A stretch of 64,000 nt of DNA from Octopus vulgaris (taxonomy: Eukaryota). The stretch covers positions 80,476,001-80,540,000 of the forward strand of contig OX597823.1 in assembly GCA_951406725.2 (NCBI GenBank), written 5' to 3'. Numbering within the stretch: position 1 is the stretch's first letter; each line of letters opens with the position of its first letter. The notes beneath the pieces are model-generated. The model saw only the letters and a program-made list of their open reading frames with translations. It was not told the DNA's origin and ran no database searches. Both the position numbers and the translations under genes were made by a program. Positions 24,719 through 38,574 of the stretch are shown here, one piece after another.

Positions 24719-27700
24719 AAAATAGTTATTGAAAAATCATCAAAGTGAATGTGCAGGGTAGAAAAAAAAATAAATAACAAAAATCAATAAATTAATGGTG
24801 ACATATTTATCACAATTTGACAGGATTATGAAGATAAATGAAAATGCTGCTAGATTTTGTTCATAATTTAACAGCCTTCAAGATTATAACTGTATACTCT
24901 GATTAGAAAGTTATTGATAACAAAACTGTATAATCTAGCAAAGATTTACTTGGGTATTAATAACAGATTTATGTTGGTTCTACATCTAATAATAATTATT
25001 CTTTCTACCATTGGCACAAGACCTGAAATTTGGGAGAATGGGGTTGCTGATTAATTACATCAACCCAGCATCAAACCGATACTGATTTTACCAACCATGA
25101 CAAAATTTGAGCTCGAAATGTAAAGCTGAGAGAAATACTGGTAAGTATTTTGTATGGCACAATAACAATTCTATGAGTTTGTTGCCTATCTTATTCCTTT
25201 CTATAGGCACAAGGCCTGTAATCCAGGGAAAGGGGGGCTAGTCAATTACATCGACCCCGCAAGTGCTTGCCTGGTGCTCATTTCGTCAACCCTGGAAGGA
25301 TGAAAGGAAAAGTCAACCATGGCAGCATCTGAACTCAGATCATCAAGCCAGAAGAATGTAGCTAAATATTTTGTCTGAAGAGTTCCAAGCAACTTGAAGA
25401 GGGAAGAAAACATTATAGTTAAATTCACAATTTGAGAAATTAAAGTTGAAGGGAAACAAAATTTTTTTTAAATGTTTAGAATTTGGTCCTGCTTTTGACA
25501 CTGATCAGGAAAACAGAATTGATACATATTTAAGTAAACAGAACTTCACCTAATTAACCTAAAGCTGTAAATAAAGACGTCCAATTCAAAGACTATTCTA
25601 AGTACACTTTTGGTATAATCTTTAAACTATAAGGCAAAAATATATTTAAGACCAAAATTGTTTGAAATTTTGTATATAAAGGTATATATTAGCAAGCCCT
25701 ATATAAGATACAAAATGTGTGATATATTGTGTATTTCCCAAGGCCACTAGTGACAGAAGTAGCCACAGCCAAGAATCAAAACTAAGATGTAAATTCTAGC
25801 TCACTAACAGCCAACATCCTATCTTTACAGTACAGTATTACAACTAGATGTTAGCTTACATTGTGTAACAATTTTTTGTTTTTGTCTTTGGTCAGTAAGT
25901 GTTATTTTGTACTTGTTTCTATCTAGAACTCAAAGGAAATTGCTGCTATTTCCTTCAACCTCTGCCTTCCTAACTTGGACATCAATGTTTTAAAACTGAC
26001 CTATTTTCCATTACATTTCAAACAGATTCAACATTGAGTTGCTGAGGCAGAAATAATGTTATAGCAAATGTTCTGCTCAATACCACTGATCTGCTTGACC
26101 ATAACCAGTTGAGCATGTCTCTCAGTGACTGACAATGTGTGTGTCAGGAATAGTGGCGGGAGCGGGACATCATAGCTGTGTACTGAGAAAGATTCTTTGG
26201 GGTTTGAAACAAAAGCAAAGTTTAAAGGAAATATAAACCATTTCCATACTTTCTAAAGGCAAGCAAATAGGAAATAACATTGGCTACCTAAGGGCAAAAA
26301 TCGGGTTATACAGTGTTACGTAAGAGCTAACAACATAGCTCGTTTGCATCAGCATGGCTTGCTAGAAATAGCAGGCAAATTTCCTTAAAATCACACATAA
26401 CCATCTTCAAAAAATAAATAAAAATACATTATGTAATATAGTTCTTGATATAGATACACTATGTCTAAAAATGAAATGAGATGGTCAAGGCAGATCTCAA
26501 GGACTATTTACCAGGGTTCAAACAGAAGCCAAACAACCTAAGTTTTGTGTGTGTAAACAAAAGCCTTCTGTCAAGATTATTCTAACCCTCTTAATACCAA
26601 TTAGCCTAAAACCACCTGTTCTATGACACAAACTTCCTGATTAAGCATGATCTGAAAACCTTCCATCATAGTGACAAGGTGGTCCTAAACACTATTAAAG
26701 GACTAATGTCTTATACAAGGTACTTCACTTTTTTCAAAATTCATTGAAACAAAGCAGTGAAATATGGCAACACAAAGGTTAATTGAAGCATTCTGGTATG
26801 AGGGAAAATAACTCCAAAACTGATCCTTACTATATCCCTATGAACAACCTTCTGTGAGAATTAAACTATCGTACAGAAGAAACTGAAGCTGAACACAACA
26901 GGATGGCTTTTAAGATTAGTTCTTTTCAAGTGATGAAGAAATAGAATAACAATATCAGTGGGGAATACAAGTAACTATTTTGTGGGGTCATTTATAATGT
27001 AGCGATGGAAAAAGAAAAAGTATTGATAGTTATACTAAGAAAAATAATAAAAATTAGTTCAAAAGTAAGTGGGGGGGGGGGGATATTGAAGAATGTCTAG
27101 ATATTACACTGTCAAAATTATTTTAATACAAAAAGTGTGAAATTCTAACAATTCAATCAAGTCCCATGAAATAAAGAATTTTTGAAGAAAAACAGCAAAA
27201 ATCATCACTTTTTTTTTTTAGTGACAGTTTTTTCTTTCATGTGCAAAAGAGAATCACAACCAATGTGTTTGGAAAGGAAATAACAGTCATATATATATAT
27301 ATATATACATTTACATATATTTCATAAATGGTACAAAAATTTAACATGATCCTGTTGTAGCCAGTAATAAACAAAAAAAAAATGAACAAAACTTATATAA
27401 CAAAGACTTATATACAAATGGTACCTAAAAAAAGCACCAGCTTTTAGATACAAAATAACATGGTGAAGAAGGTAATGGTTTCAAATTTCGGTAATTGTTT
27501 CACCAATTTTAGGAGCAAAGGGTAAGTGAATTACATTAATCCCAGTACTCAACTGGTATTTTATCAACTCTTAAAAGGATGAAAGGCATAGTCAGCCTCA
27601 GTAAAATTTTAATAGAAAACAAAGAGCCAGATGAAAGGTCACTAGGCATTTTGTCTGAGAGGCTAACAATTCTGCTTGTTCACTACCTTAAAAAAAAAGT

Positions 27701-30408
27701 TAACAAGAATTTAATACCTGAACCTTGTTCAACAAGCCTCCTCTGTCGCTACTAATCCAAGACCAGAACAACAGAATTACACATAATTTTATAAAATTTA
27801 ATTTTTTTAAAAATAATTATTAATTTTTGAGACTTTAGCTCTTCTCACAGATTGAAAAATGTCTCAACTAGAGACTTTGGATTTTCTCTACTTCAAAATC
27901 CAAACAACCCACTAGTCAAGTAAATTTCCTTTTTACTTCTTTTACCATTTCTCAAACAAAGTATGTACAAATGTTGGATTGCAAATGGTTAAAAAAAAAG
28001 ATAGTGCCATCATTAATTAAACTAGCAAACTACTGTTTGTATTGATTGATGTTCAACCATTCATTAACATAAATAAGCATCAGTGGTTTGAGATTTATAT
28101 TAATCATTGCCTTAAAGAAGGCATAAAAAATGCACTTAATATTACAGTGAAAAAGACAACACTATCTTTCAAAAAGAAAAAAAGGGTTAGACTTCCCAAA
28201 CCAATATTTTGTGTGTATGTGCATGCATATACATGTGCGTGTGTGTGATAAGACAAAGAAAGAAGACACCAACATTTCAATAAAGCTGTATATATAGGGG
28301 AGACTTGAGGTTTGTAGAAGTGAGAAGTTAACTCCTACGGCAATTTTCTTTTTTTTTTTCTGAATTACATTGATAATTACATAAGGCTAAACCTACTTAA
28401 TCTTCTTGAAAACAAATGGGAGTCAATGATTGTCCATACACAATACATATTGAAGACATCGACATCTCAAAGAGTACCACTGACAAATGAATACAATAAC
28501 CAGTCACTTTCCAAGCACCATAAAACTTCTATGCAATAACAATGATTAAAGAACACAAACACTGATAAATAGAGTATGAAACTGGAAGCTGACTAGAAAT
28601 AAACAAGCTAATCTGCAACAAGTAGGCTCCCAACATTGTACTTAAGTTTGCAAAACCAAATAAATAAATAAATAAGCAACTACATCATTAGTCACATAAG
28701 TATAATGACATTTTAAGCATTAACACAATGTTAGATGCTGTTTAACTGCTGAGGTGGCTGCAACATGATATCATTTAGTCAAAGTTTAATTTACTCACAA
28801 CTGAAAAACTCAGTTACAGCATTTCACTTCTAAGATAACAGCAACTTAAATGGGTTTCACAAATTCACAAGAAGCTAACTTTAAAATTTCTGGTGAATGA
28901 ACTGTTTTACAGCCTAAAATAGCACTCATAAAACCATCTTCAGAAACTGTAAAAGGACACAGCTTCAAACATTTCGAATCAATCAAACCCACTTTCTTTA
29001 ATTTTTTTCTTTCTTAAAGAAGACAGGTTCCAATTAATTTCAGACACTAGCATCTATACAAAGAGAAGTTATTAAAGAAACTTAATAACTATACTGTTTT
29101 AGTGGATTTTTTAAAAATGTCAAACTTGGGAATCAGCCAAGGATGTTATTCCAACAAAACAATTTGGTGTGGGGAGATGGAATTACTTTCAAAATGTCAC
29201 TTATGCAACACCATAACTTGCTTCTGGAGAAATAAGAGATGGGAACATGAATTTTCACTTTTTTTTATTTTTGAAACTTTTTTTAAGAATCTTAACTAAT
29301 ATTTTCATTTGATTTTTAAATTAAATTACTTTGCTTCACATTCAAAAGAGACAAAAGACTAAATATGAACAAAAACATTTATGATAAATAAAAATTCTAA
29401 AAGTAGAAAATAAACCTTTAATTTTATCTACAAAATATCATTTTTAAGCTAAAATTTTCATAAACTGTGATTAGCAAAAACAAACAAAAAAAGAAAGACT
29501 GTTTTGAAAATAAATATATTAGTCTATAAAATATTAGAAATAATATTTCTTTCCCCAATAGGCACATGGCCTGAAACTTTGAGGGAGAGAGCTGGTTGAT
29601 TACATCAATCCTAGTGCTCAACTGATATTTATTTTATCAATCTCAAAAGGAAGACAAGCTAAGTCAACCTTGGCAGCATTTGAATACAGAACGTAAAGAG
29701 CTGAAAGAATGCCACTAAGAACTTCGTCTGACATACTGACGATTCTGCCAGCTCGCCACCTTTAATCTGAGAAATAATGAAATTAAATAATTTGGAATGT
29801 ATTTTTTATCTTAATTCAGAAAAGTATTTGCAAAAACAGAGAAACAAAAGTTGTTCATTTTCTACTAACAAAACAGAACATTTTGTGCAGTTACATATTT
29901 CCAGGTAAGAGAAATGTTATATAATCACCAAAGACACCGAGACAAAACCAGGAAAGTCAGATCACAGAAGGGAACATTGAATAAACTCAGAGTTATTTAC
30001 TTTAGAGAAATTGCTAGCCTTGAAAATAAGAATAACTCGAGGAATTATTGAAAGAAATAGTAAGAAAAAAAACCTAAAAGCTACAAGTATTTACTTCATT
30101 GTCTTAAATAGTTATCTTAAAACTTAAAGTAATTTAAATGCAAAATAATAAATAAATAAAAATTAAAGGGAAAATGTCAGAGTTATTCTTGTTTTTGTGT
30201 AACATTTGAGAAAATAATTTCTAAATGTATGTAAAAGCATTTTTTTTTCCCTCAACCAACTGCGGTTTTTGTAGGAAAATAGTGTTACTCCAGTATTAAT
30301 CCAAGTGCTTCTTTTCACTTTGACCTGATTTAGCATAGAAATTTAACATGGTCCAGTATATCACAGGAACATAGCAATACTTGATCTCTATATTTCTTCT
30401 TCCTCTTC

Positions 30409-30498
30409 TTACACCAATGAATTGACTTGCCTGGTCTTTGTAATTATGTACGGAGAAGGATTATCTCCATTATAAGGGAAAACATGATTCTCAGGTCG
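30409..30498 (-). CDS. Host gene terminal coding exon (RPENHVFPYNGDNPSPYIITKTRQVNSLV*)
   Basis: ttcttattattttcAG acceptor, phase 0, TAA at 30411-30409, followed by long U-rich sequence. Confidence 0.78.
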   Translation of the reverse strand, partial: RPENHVFPYNGDNPSPYIITKTRQVNSLV

Positions 30499-30650
30499 CT
30501 GAAAATAATAAGAAAAAAAATTAATATAAATGTGTGTGTGAGTACATAGATGCATAAAATGTGTGGATTTTAAAACTGATAACCCTACTCAATCTTTATA
30601 GTGGTTGCCTACCTTCACTCCCTTTTCCTATTTCCCCTATCTCATGTATT

Positions 30651-30958
30651 TTTGTTTTGTTTGTTCCTTCTCGAGCCATGCCTGGCTCATAAGGGCCAGT
30701 TTCCCAGTTTGCTTGGCGTATAGGTTCCCCACCTGGACAGGACGCTGGTCCGTCACAGGTGAGCTGCAAGATGCAGGAGGAAAGAGTGAGAGAAAGTTGT
30801 GGCGGAAGAGTCAGCAGAAGTTTGCCATTACCTTCTGCCGGAGCCGCGTGGAGCTTAGGTGTTTCGTTCATAAATATACACATCGCCCGGTCTGAGATTC
30901 GAACTTGCGATCCCATAACCGTGAGTCCACGCTCTAACCACAAGGCCATGTGCCTCTC
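30651..30958 (-). mobile_element. SINE family C, tail type 2
   Basis: Same head and body as 12795-12975; different tail ending GGCTCGAGAAGG(AACA)n. Confidence 0.85.
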
Positions 30959-31809
30959 GTATAAACCCCTACTCATCCACACTCCTAGTTACTCTGTCCC
31001 AACCCACTTTTACTCACCCATATACTTTGAGGTGGGAGCCACTTGGACACAGCAAAAACTCGCTTTGCTCCACTCACTTCTTTCATACCTTGACTTATCT
31101 CCTAACATAAAGACACTTACCTTCTCAGATTTCATAGCCTTGCAAACCACATGGCAACCTCACTCACGCCAGTGGCATGGAAAAAAAGCATACAGTACAC
31201 CCTGTAAACTGGATGACATTAGGGAAGGCATCCAGCTGTAGAAATCATACCAAAACAGACTTTGGGGTACTTGGACATAATGGGTCTTCTCAAACTGTCC
31301 AACACACACCAGCTTGAGACATGGATGTTAAATGATGATGATTCTAGTTTTGTGATTTTCTATGAAGATGGTCTAACAAAATTTTTAATTTAATTTTAAA
31401 AATTTTAATCAAATTCAAAAATCTTCAATTATATAATTGATCATGCAAATGGCACATAAAAGCACCTATTACACACTCAGAATGGTTGACATTAGGAAGG
31501 GCATCCAACTGTAGACAAACCATGCCAAATCAGACTGGAGTCTGATGCAGCCTTCCAACTTAACAGCCCTGGTCAAAACACCGAACCCATGCCAGCGTAG
31601 ATAACAGACGTTAAATGATGGTGATGATGAAAGGCAGCAAAGTACCAGACTGAATGATGCAACACTTTCCACTATTCACTGAGTTCAAGGTATACAAGAA
31701 TTGCTAAATACTAGGATCAGTATACTACCAACACATCTTCTAGAAATTTGATACTTTGTCAAAAGAAATTGAATTTGTCCATAAAAATGTGATAAAATTT
31801 AAGTCTTAC

Positions 31810-31922
31810 TTTCCGTAAAATTGGTTTTAAAGGTGTGCTGCAATTCGGTTGCTGTTTCTCAACAGAATCACAGTCTTGTTCAAGATGCATGTTCCATTTC
31901 AGATGACGAGGTGTTCTGGGAG
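31810..31922 (-). CDS. Host gene coding exon 5 (113 nt; PPRTPRHLKWNMHLEQDCDSVEKQQPNCSTPLKPILRK)
   Basis: ttattttaatAG acceptor, AAA|gtaaga donor. Only the phase-1 frame is open. Confidence 0.83.
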
Positions 31923-33339
31923 CTATTAAAATAATACAAAATATGGAATAAAATAAATTGTATATTCAACAAAATACCGACAACTGAAAACACAAAAATT
32001 TCAGCAAAAAGGCGGTTTTTATCAACGTTCTGACAATTAGGAATTTAAATCTTAAAACACAAATTCTTTTCTAATAAAGCCATCCTAAATTCCAGTTCAA
32101 AACAATCTAATTACATTCTATATTTCTAAAAATGTCAAAACTTTATGCTTTTCTAATTCATCCATCCACGTTAGGTTATGCTGGAGCGAATGTTTAGATA
32201 ACTGCATAGCTATCTTTTAGCCAAGCACACAATCATGAACCAAAAGAATTCATTTCATAAGTTATGCAAACTTAAGCAGAGTTATGTACCTTGCTTGAGA
32301 CTACAACACCGTAACAAAAACAATGTTAGCACTCTTGACCTCGCAGTCAGCATTTTAATCCCACATCCATTCAATCAGCAAGAACACTAAAGTTTGCTAC
32401 TAAACTAGGCAACTAAGTACAAAAGTTACAAATTAAAAATAGATGCCTCTCAACTCTGTCTAGTGATTATATATGAATATTTCCCAATCTTCACATCACT
32501 TTCATCCGTCCAAGATTCAAGATTTAAATACCTTCATATTCCTGTTACAAATTTGTACTATTGTATCAATATTTCTTACATTCTTTTATTTGTTTCAGTC
32601 ATCTGATTCTGACCATGCTGGAGCACCAACTTGAAGGATCTTAGTCGAACAAATCGACCCCAGGATTTATTCTTTGTAAGCCTAGTACTTATTCTATCGA
32701 TCTCTTTTGCCAAACAGCCAAGTTATGGGGACATAAACACACCAACACTGGTTGTGAAGCAGTGATAAGTGGAACAAGCACACACACACACACACACATA
32801 TATATGACAGGCTTTTTTCAGAATCCATCTACCAAATCCAATCACAAGGCTTTGGTTGGCCTGAGGATACAGTAGAAGACACTTGCCCAAGGCACAATGT
32901 AGTGGGACTGAACCCGGAACCATGTGGTTGGGAAGCAAGGTTCTTACCACACGGCCATACCTGTGCCTGTATACTGATGTTTTGTTTCTTTTCCTCATTT
33001 GAAATATGGAATTCAAATATCTCATACTTTGAAAGACAAACTATTCAAATCAGTGGTACTAATCACATACAGATGATTTAAGTAAATTAATTTCATCACA
33101 AATTACAGGAAATAATAATTGATACGTTCTAAGAATGATCCATTGACTGATTTATTCTTATTTTATTGTTTTTCTCAATATATTCTAAATAATGCAAGGA
33201 GATGCATAACAAATTAATATATAACATTGCAGATCTGGATAGTATCCACATTAAACTCTCATTGCGACATGACCCAGTAAAGAAACATACATACAGTATA
33301 TAATTTATATTCACTGGCCTTGGTGTGGATTTGGTCATC

Positions 33340-33392
<53 letters not shown>

Positions 33393-33808
33393 AGGTTAAC
33401 ATTTGTTTTTATAAGTGTCAAAATGTGTATTGAAGAATACAAATTAGACGATATTTTTTTCGAATGTAGAATTGCTATTAGAACATTAGAAATACTGAGA
33501 AAATTACCTTTACAAAGTGGAAAAAAATCTGTCAATAACCGGCCGACCGGCCAGCCAGTCAGTCAGCAGATTTTTTGAAAAAATATCATTTAATTTATAT
33601 ACATAAATATGGAGTAATAAAGACATCAGTTAGGGTTTGTGTTTGGTCAACTAGATTCTTGGTATGAGCTAGTATGTTGAGACATTATTACTATAAATGC
33701 TTGGGTTTATAGCAATTTCTCATTTGCTATCAATTCATAATAGTAACTAACATGCATCAAGATTGGTTAATGTTGTATGAAGGTAACAGATTTTTATTCT
33801 TTACTCAC

Positions 33809-33920
33809 GAGGAAAGACAGTAAATTCTTCACATGATTGGCCAATCTGAACACGAGGGGCCACCTGTTGCCCATTGCATGTTGTATGAATCCAGGTAATT
33901 TCATCTAGCTCAGCTTCTGA
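33809..33920 (-). CDS. Host gene coding exon 4 (112 nt; SEAELDEITWIHTTCNGQQVAPRVQIGQSCEEFTVFP)
   Basis: tctattttccAG acceptor, |gtgagt donor. Phase 0 in and phase 1 out, which is what the next exon requires. Confidence 0.85.
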
Positions 33921-35172
33921 CTGGAAAATAGATTGAAACAGGAAAAAATTATTGCACACAGCAGTTCTAGTAATTCTGTCTTACTAAATATTAAAGCATT
34001 CACAACTTTATACTTTTGTTACCAAATTTTTGCCTAAATGCACTGCATTTGTTTGGAGACTGTGCTTGAGGAGACTTATTGAGTCAAGTACATCAACATC
34101 AAAATAAATATCAAATGGAAATTGTAGTAGTGATACACGTAAAAAGCACCATCCGAACGTGGCCATTGCCAGCGCCACCTTGACTGGCTTCTGTACTGGT
34201 GGCACATAAAAAGCACCAACCGATCATGGCCGCTGCCAGCCTCCCCTGGTCCCTGTGCCGGTGGCACGTAAAAAGCATTCACTACACTCACGGAGTGGTT
34301 GGCATTAGGAAGGGCATCCAGCTGTAGAAACATTGCCATATCAGACTGGAACCTGGTGCAGCCTCCTGGCTTCCCAGACCCCAGTCGAACCTTCCAACCC
34401 GTGCTAGAACAGAAAACAGACAATAAACGATGATGATGTATTCAAGTAAAATAACTTTGTCATTAATAAGTCAGGATTTGAAGCATAAACCAAGATAAAA
34501 TTTTGACAGAAGGTTTTAATTTAAATCACTTTTTTAACACAGAAAGTGAATATCATAGACCTAAGGAGTCTTAGGTGGTGTGGTTTCGAAAGGGTTAAAG
34601 AATTTTCATTTAAGAGAGATCTAAGAAGATAAGATCAACAATCAGAGAATTGAGATTTCAACACTTATTACTTCAACTGCAATGAAGTTAAATTCTTATG
34701 CTATCTCAAGTATTTATCTCAGAAATTCTATCACACTAAGACTAAACAATTACCATAGGAATACTCTCAATCAGAGTTGCCCTAAGGCAACAAGCAATCA
34801 TTCATTTGCTGTGTGTTGTTCTCTATACTGTTTATTCTATTATGCTAGCAAAGACTGGATTGCTATCGAATTGAGATAAACACATTACTGGGAATAATTC
34901 TTTCACAGTTACATGAAGTACTTTCGTAAATTTTACTTCAAAAGTGAAATGAGAAGGCAAAAATTTAGCAAAATCATTTTTATTCTCTTTTATATTTTGT
35001 TTCAGTTAGATTGGACCATACTGCATCATCTTGGAGAATTTTTTTCTTAATCAAATGAATCAACACCAATACATCTTTTTTTGTTTTCAAGACTAATACT
35101 TATTTTATCAGTCTCTTTTGATAAACTGCTAAGTTATGGGGATGTAAGCAAACCAACACAAGGAGACACATG

Positions 35173-35218
<46 letters not shown>

Positions 35219-35412
35219 TACAACAAGCTTCTTTCAGTTTCTGTCCACCAAATCCACCAACAAGATCATGGTTGACCCAAGGCTATAGTAGAAGGCATGT
35301 ACCCAAGATGCCACAGAGTGGGATTGACCCCAGAACCATGTGGTTGGGAACTACACAACCTGATTATTTAATTTTTGTGCTTGGTTTGCTAGATTCTTGG
35401 TGTGAGCTAGTA

Positions 35413-35724
35413 TGTTGAGACATATTTTGCTGTATCTTGGTAGGGTCATTATGCCAATAACACACACACACACACTGGTTGTATTTCACTGCTTCATTAT
35501 TTGTTTGTCAATTGGTTAACTATTTAACCAAGTAACAAAACGACTTGTAGTAGTGAGATCATATCATATTGCTGAAATTGTCAATGGTATGAAAAGGACT
35601 TTGACAAAGATTGATGGAATAGTTAACCAAATGACAAATAAATCATGAAAAAGTGAAATAGAACCAATGTGTGTTTAGTATTGGCTCACCTAAGGTACAA
35701 CAAAATAACTAATATTCATCAACA
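35413..35724. repeat. Fold-back element with ~110-bp imperfect inverted arms
   Basis: 35413-35524 pairs with 35618-35724; related end at 33640-33690. Confidence 0.6.
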
Positions 35725-36083
35725 TCTTACATAATTTTTACATCCACTTTTCCATGCTTGCATGGGTTGAATGGAATTTGAGGCAGATTTTTAATAGTTG
35801 GATGCCTTTCTTGTTGCCAAGACACGTTTTCAACAAAATATTGGAAATGAATTTCGTTCATTTACAACAAGCACGATGCCAAGACAAGGACACACACACT
35901 GGGCTTCTTTCAGTTTCTATCTACCAAATCCACTCATAAGGCTTTGGTTGGCTTGGAGATAGAATAGAAGACATTTACCCATGGTGCCATGCAGTGGGGC
36001 TGAATCCAAAAGCATGAAACTGGGAAGCAAATTTCTTAACCACACAGGCAACACTTGTGCCACAGATCATCTAAAAATATTTG

Positions 36084-36466
36084 TAGAGATCTGCTTGCGA
36101 AGACCTGTTGAGGCAAGTGAAATTGAAAAAAAAAATCAATGGAAATTGTAGTTGTGATACCAGTGCCGGTGGCACATAAAAGAACCATCCGAACATGGCC
36201 GTTGCCAGCGCCGCCTCGATTGGCCTCTGTGCCAGTGGCACGTAAAAAGCACCAACCGATCGTGGTCGTTGCCAGCCTCACCTGGCATGTAAAAAGCACC
36301 CACTATACTCACGGAGTGGTTGGCATTAGGAAGGGCATCCAGCTGTAGAAACGCTGCCAGATCAGACTGAGCCTGGTGCAGCCTTCTGGCTTCCCAAACC
36401 CCCAGTCGAACCGTCCAACCCATGCTAGCATGGAAAACGGACGTTAAACGATGATGATGATGATGA
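36084..36466 (+). mobile_element. SINE-like family D with internal ~60-bp repeats and (GAT)n tail
   Basis: Core GGAGTGGTTGGC(A/G)TTAGGAAGGGCATCCAGCTGTAGAAAC. Copies at 31160-31340, 31450-31630, 34060-34437 (+) and 39640-39800, 42475-42775, 44612-45080, 45845-46025 (-). Confidence 0.85.
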
Positions 36467-36599
36467 CATTCAATTCCATTGTGATCAAATAAAAAGTTGC
36501 TAACTGTTATACATGTACAATTTATAAGTAACCACCCCCCTCTCTATTTAACAGATCTGTTATGATTCCACAATAAAGCTACAAAGTTAAAATTATTAC

Positions 36600-36683
36600 C
36601 AGCTGATCAGGTGGCCGAGAATCACAGCACAATGGTGACAACAGTGGACTACTTCTTGGAGAAGAATGTTCATCGCAGACCGA
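36600..36683 (-). CDS. Host gene coding exon 3 (84 nt; SVCDEHSSPRSSPLLSPLCCDSRPPDQL)
   Basis: tttttctcatattgcAG acceptor, CTG|gtaata donor, phase 0/0, open frame. Confidence 0.8.
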
Positions 36684-38574
36684 CTGCAATATGAGAAAAA
36701 TATATGAGTTACAAAGATACAACAAAACAAAGGTTAAAATAAAACAAGTCATTATTCAACACTGATAGATTTTAAGGAAATGGGGGGTAAAAAAAGTGTT
36801 AATCAGATATTCATCAATTACAATGGCAATCTGCAACTTACAATGTTGAACCATGCTATTTGAGGGTAGGTATCCAAATGGACTATGTTTTTAAGACTAT
36901 TACATATCTTTGACTGAAACAGAGGGGCCTCTCAAGATAAAATTCAAGTGACAAGTAAGAACACATCAACAAGGTATGAAAATTAAATACTTTATATCTA
37001 TACACATACAGAGGATATGAGGGGTATTTGGAAACAATTATCAGTATATTACTCTCTTCAAAACAATAAGGTTTTTATTTCTTTCAGATCCCCCATGGTA
37101 GATAAAATCCTAAGACAAAAATGGAAAGATGAGCAGTTATCTGTTGTCATATGTGAGAAACACAATGATTTAGAAATTGACAACTTTCTAAATGTAAGAT
37201 CTTTTATACATAAAGTTCAGTTGTGGATTGGATGCCTCTGGCAGGAAGGTTTCAATTGAATAAAAAAAAAGAATTTTAATGTTTAAACACTATAAGGACA
37301 CCACAATTCATCCAACAGATTTAAAACATTATCAGATTTCATAAAATCAATAAGGGTCATTGCCAAGTATTTCTGATGTCAAAGTGGACTACCGGAACTA
37401 TGGTGCTCGAGGACATCCCATACAAGTTGTATGTATTGACAAGAGGCTGATACGTGTCTGCAAAGACACAGGAAAACCTTTTGATCAAAGCCAAGTGGTT
37501 ACTTAAAGTTAAACCAGCATGAACAGCCTACTTTGGGTCATCTCTACAAAGGAAAACTTGAACCAAGAGCAAAAAGAGGAGAAATGATGACAGAGGGTTC
37601 TGGCAAATATTTCTGAGGTCCTTATAGCAATGCACACTAAGTTTGCAGCAACTGTGAAGGTTTTGGGAGTGGTGAGGAACGAAGGTCAGGTCATGCCACA
37701 TCACAGCTTTCCCCACTACTGGAAACATTCAAGCCCTAGATGAATGATATAAGCAGAGGAAGGCTTATACATTTCAACAAGGCTCAGTACCTTTTCACAA
37801 AGCCTCCACAGCCCAAGATTGGATGTCAGACAATCTTTACAATCAGTCAACACCAAAATTGTAAGCTCCAAACTCGCTAACTTTAAATCCTATTGACTAC
37901 AACTGCCATCATGAAGGTGATGGTCCAAAATGAATGAAGACCATTTAGTGCAAGCTCTGACAGTGTCATCAAAACTGAAGTTAGATCCGTAGACTAATCT
38001 TATAGGAAAGCTTGTCAAGAACATGTGCACAAATTACCATTATTAAAATACATTTGATGTTTGCCAGATTAGGGCTGCGTTATCATATTACCAAATATAT
38101 CCTCAAATACTTCTCACACCCTGTACATGTACACACACATATTGTATATACACTTACATATATATATACACACACACACACACTCATTGGCGAGCAAATG
38201 TCATAACAAAAGATTACACACACATAATTATATACCATCAACATCATCATTTTGCCCCCACTTTCCATGCTGAGATGGGTTGGATGGGTGCCATGGTTTA
38301 AGTCAGTATGTGTAAACAAGTTGATGGACAGCATGACTTTCATTTCTAGCTTGCTTTCTACAGCTATATATTCTTCCTAATGCCAAGCACTTTTACAGTG
38401 TACTGGGAGTATTCCACCTACCAAATTCACATACATGAGATTGGCTAGTCTGGAGATGTAGCAGAATTAAACATGTTCACATTCCCTAAGAACAATATGT
38501 ACCCTAGCTCTGTGCTTTCAAAGCATAGAGAGATCTAAAAAAAAAAAAAAAAAGATCCCTTACTTGTAAAATAA

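Noticed and set aside
30596-31241. 128-aa and 160-aa ORFs
   Set aside because: They run through SINE C and adjacent repeat debris in the last intron.
37330-37990. Additional host exons
   Set aside because: No phase-compatible open exon; an RGHPYKL-like trace suggests very old CR1 debris, too degenerate to call.
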